Shown: positions 61,501 through 64,000 of the stretch, piece by piece
Layout: each line of letters opens with the position of its first letter
How positions within the stretch are numbered: position 1 is the stretch's first letter
Origin: Eledone cirrhosa
Lineage: Eukaryota
Reading direction: 5' to 3'
DNA: 64,000 bases
Assembly: GCA_964016885.1 (NCBI GenBank)
Contig: OZ024749.1
Coordinates: 20,212,001-20,276,000, forward strand
Made by a program: the position numbers and the translations under genes
The notes under the pieces: model-generated
Told to the model about the DNA's origin: nothing
Databases searched by the model: none
The model's input: only the letters and a program-made list of their open reading frames with translations

Positions 61501-64000
61501 TTTTAACTCCTCAGTTAAGGTGACAGAATGCTGAGGACCAGAGGTGTGTTTTAACTGTTCAGTTAAGGTGTCAGACTACTGAGGACCAGAGGTGTGTTTT
61601 AACTGTTCAGTTAAGGTGTCAGACTACTGAGGACCAGAGGTGTGTTTTAACTGCTCAGTTAAGGTGACAGATTGCTGAGGACCAGAGGTGTGTTTTAACT
61701 CCTCAGTTAAGGTGTCAGACTACTGAGGAAAAGGGGTGTGTTTTAACTGTTCAGTTAAGGTGACAGATTGCTGAGGACCAGAGTTGTGTTTTAACTGCTC
61801 AGTTAAGGTGTCAGACTACTGAGGACCAGAGGTGTGTTTTAACTGCTCAGTTAAGGTGTCAGACTACTGAGGACCAGAGGTGTGTTTTAACTGCTCAGTT
61901 AAGGTGTCAGACTACTGAGGGCCAGAGGTGTGTTTTAACTCCTCAGTTAAGGTGTCAGACTACTGAGGACCAGAGGTGTGTTTTAACTCCTCAGTGAAGG
62001 TGACAGACTACTGAGGAACAGAGGTGTGTTTTAACTGCTCAGTAAAGGTGATAGACTGCTGAGGACCAGAGATGTGTTTTAACTGCTCAGTAAAGGTGAC
62101 AGACTGCTGAGGACCAGAGATGTGTTTTAACTGCTCAGTAAAGGTGACAGACTGCTGAGGACCAGAGGTGTGTTTTAACTGCTCAGTAAAGGTGACAGAC
62201 TGCTGAGGACCAGAGGTGTGTTTTAACTGTTCAGTTAAGGTGACAGAATGCTGAGGACCAGAGGTGTGTTTTAACTCCTCAGTAAAGGTGACAGACTGCT
62301 GAGGACCAGAGATGTGTTTTAACTGCTCAGTAAAGGTGACAGACTGCTGAGGACCAGAGGTGTGTTTTAACTCTTCAGTTAAGGTGACAGACTACTGAGG
62401 ACCAGAGGTGTGTTTTAACTGCTCAGTAAATGTGACAGACTGCTGAGGACCAGAGATGTGTTTTAACTGCTCAGTAAAGGTGACAGACTACTGAGGACCA
62501 GAGGTGTGTTTTAACTGCTCAGTAAAGGTGACAGACTGCTGAGGACCAGAGATGTGTTTTAACTGCTCAGTAAAGGTGACAGACTACTGAGGACCAGAGA
62601 TGTGTTTTAACTGCTCAGTAAAGGTGACAGACTGCTGAGGACCAGAGGTGTGTTTTAACTCCTCAGTAAAGGTGACAGACTGCTGAGGACCAGAGATGTG
62701 TTTTAACTGCTCAGTAAAGGTGGCAGACTGCTGAGGACCAGAGGTGTGTTTTAACTCCTCAGTTAAGGTGACAGATTGCTGAGGACCAGAGGTGTGTTTT
62801 AACTCCTCAGTTAAGGTGACAGACTGCTGAGGACCAGAGATGTGTTTTAACTGCTCAGTAAAGGTGACAGACTGCTGAGGACCAGAGGTGTGTTTTAACT
62901 CCTCAGTTAAGGTGACAGACTGCTGAGGACCAGAGGTGTGTTTTAACTCCTCAGTAAAGGTGACAGACTGCTGAGGACCAGAGATGTGTTTTAACTGCTC
63001 AGTAAAGGTGACAGACTGCTGAGGACCAGAGATGTGTTTTAACTGCTCAGTAAAGGTGACAGACTGCTGAGGACCAGAGGTGTGTTTTAACTCCTCAGTT
63101 AAGGTGACAGACTACTGAGGACCAGAGGTGTGTTTTAACTGCTCAGTAAAGGTGAGAGACTGCTGAGGACCAGAGATGTGTTTTAACTGCTCAGTAAAGG
63201 TGACAGACTGCTGAGGACCAGAGATGTGTTTTAACTGCTCAGTAAAGGTGACAGACTGCTGAGGACCAGAGGTGTGTTTTAACTCCTCAGTAAAGGTGAC
63301 AGACTGCTGAGGACCAGAGATGTGTTTTAACTGCTCAGTAAAGGTGACAGACTACTGAGGACCAGAGGTGTGTTTTAACTTCTCAGTAAAGGTGACAGAC
63401 TGCTGAGGAACAGGGGTGTGTTTTAACTGTTCAGTTAAGGTGACAGATTGCTGAGGACCAGAGGTGTGTTTTAACTCCTCAGTTAAGGTGACAGACTGCT
63501 GAGGAACAGAGGTGTGTTTTAACTCCTCAGTTAAGGTGACAGATTGCTGAGGAACAGAGGTGTGTTTTAACTCCTCAGTTAAGGTGACAGACTGCTGAGG
63601 AACAGGGGTGTGTTTTAACTGTTCAGTTAAGGTGACAGATTGCTGAGGACCAGAGGTGTGTTTTAACTCCTCAGTGAAGGTGTCAGACTACTGAGGACCA
63701 GAGGTGTGTTTTAACTGTTCAGTGAAGGTGTCAGACTACTGAGGACCAGAGGTGTATTTTAACTGTTCAGTTGAGGTGACAGAATGCTGAGGACCAGAGG
63801 TGTGTTTTAACTGTTCAGTTAAGGTGTCAGACTACTGAGGACCAGAGGTGTGTTTTAACTGTTCAGTTAAGGTGTCAGACTACTGAGGACCAGAGGTGTG
63901 TTTTAACTGCTCAGTTAAGGTGACAGATTGCTGAGGACCAGAGGTGTGTTTTAACTCCTCAGTTAAGGTGTCAGACTACTGAGGGCCAGAGGTGTGTTTT
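7597..64000. repeat. 48-bp tandem satellite/macro-minisatellite array, about 1,175 head-to-tail monomers, running off the window end
   Basis: Consensus is ggtgacagactRctgaggaccagaggtgtgttttaactSYtcagtWaa. The period is 48 (five monomers per 240 bp) in a single orientation, with no insertions of foreign sequence. Only four 1-bp deletions were seen (about 16001, 16210, 20368, 20576). Confidence 0.99.

Noticed and set aside
7597-64000. CRISPR array (palindromic repeat with regular period)
   Set aside because: There are no unique spacers, since the whole 48-bp unit repeats. There are no cas genes and the context is eukaryotic.
7597-64000. Hammerhead ribozyme within the satellite monomer (CTGAGGA matches CUGANGA on both strands)
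   Set aside because: Neither strand has a GAAA box or a stem II/III arrangement. CTGAGGA is simply the arm of the internal inverted repeat.

Overview
Eukaryotic, non-genic window. The SINE fragment at 1-90 and the microsatellite-rich context look like a cephalopod (Octopus-type) genome, but that is recognition from memory, not a database result. Bases 1-7580 are a dense mosaic of decayed mobile elements and microsatellites. They include a SINE fragment, a Penelope-like (PLE) reverse-transcriptase fragment joined head-to-head to a Naiad-type GIY-YIG endonuclease remnant, and two hAT-type MITEs of one family with 8-bp target-site duplications. They also include four long hairpins next to (TA)n or AT-rich tracts, and a cluster of up to six minimal type I hammerhead-ribozyme motifs (two with intact cores, four degenerate). 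From about 7590 to the end of the window there is one uninterrupted 48-bp satellite of about 1,175 monomers. Its monomers vary at a few multi-allelic sites, are organised in nested block duplications of 24-120 monomers, and keep perfect 48-bp phase for the last 43 kb. Their common alleles toggle between two mutually exclusive inverted repeats. No host protein-coding gene, RNA gene or CRISPR array is supported.
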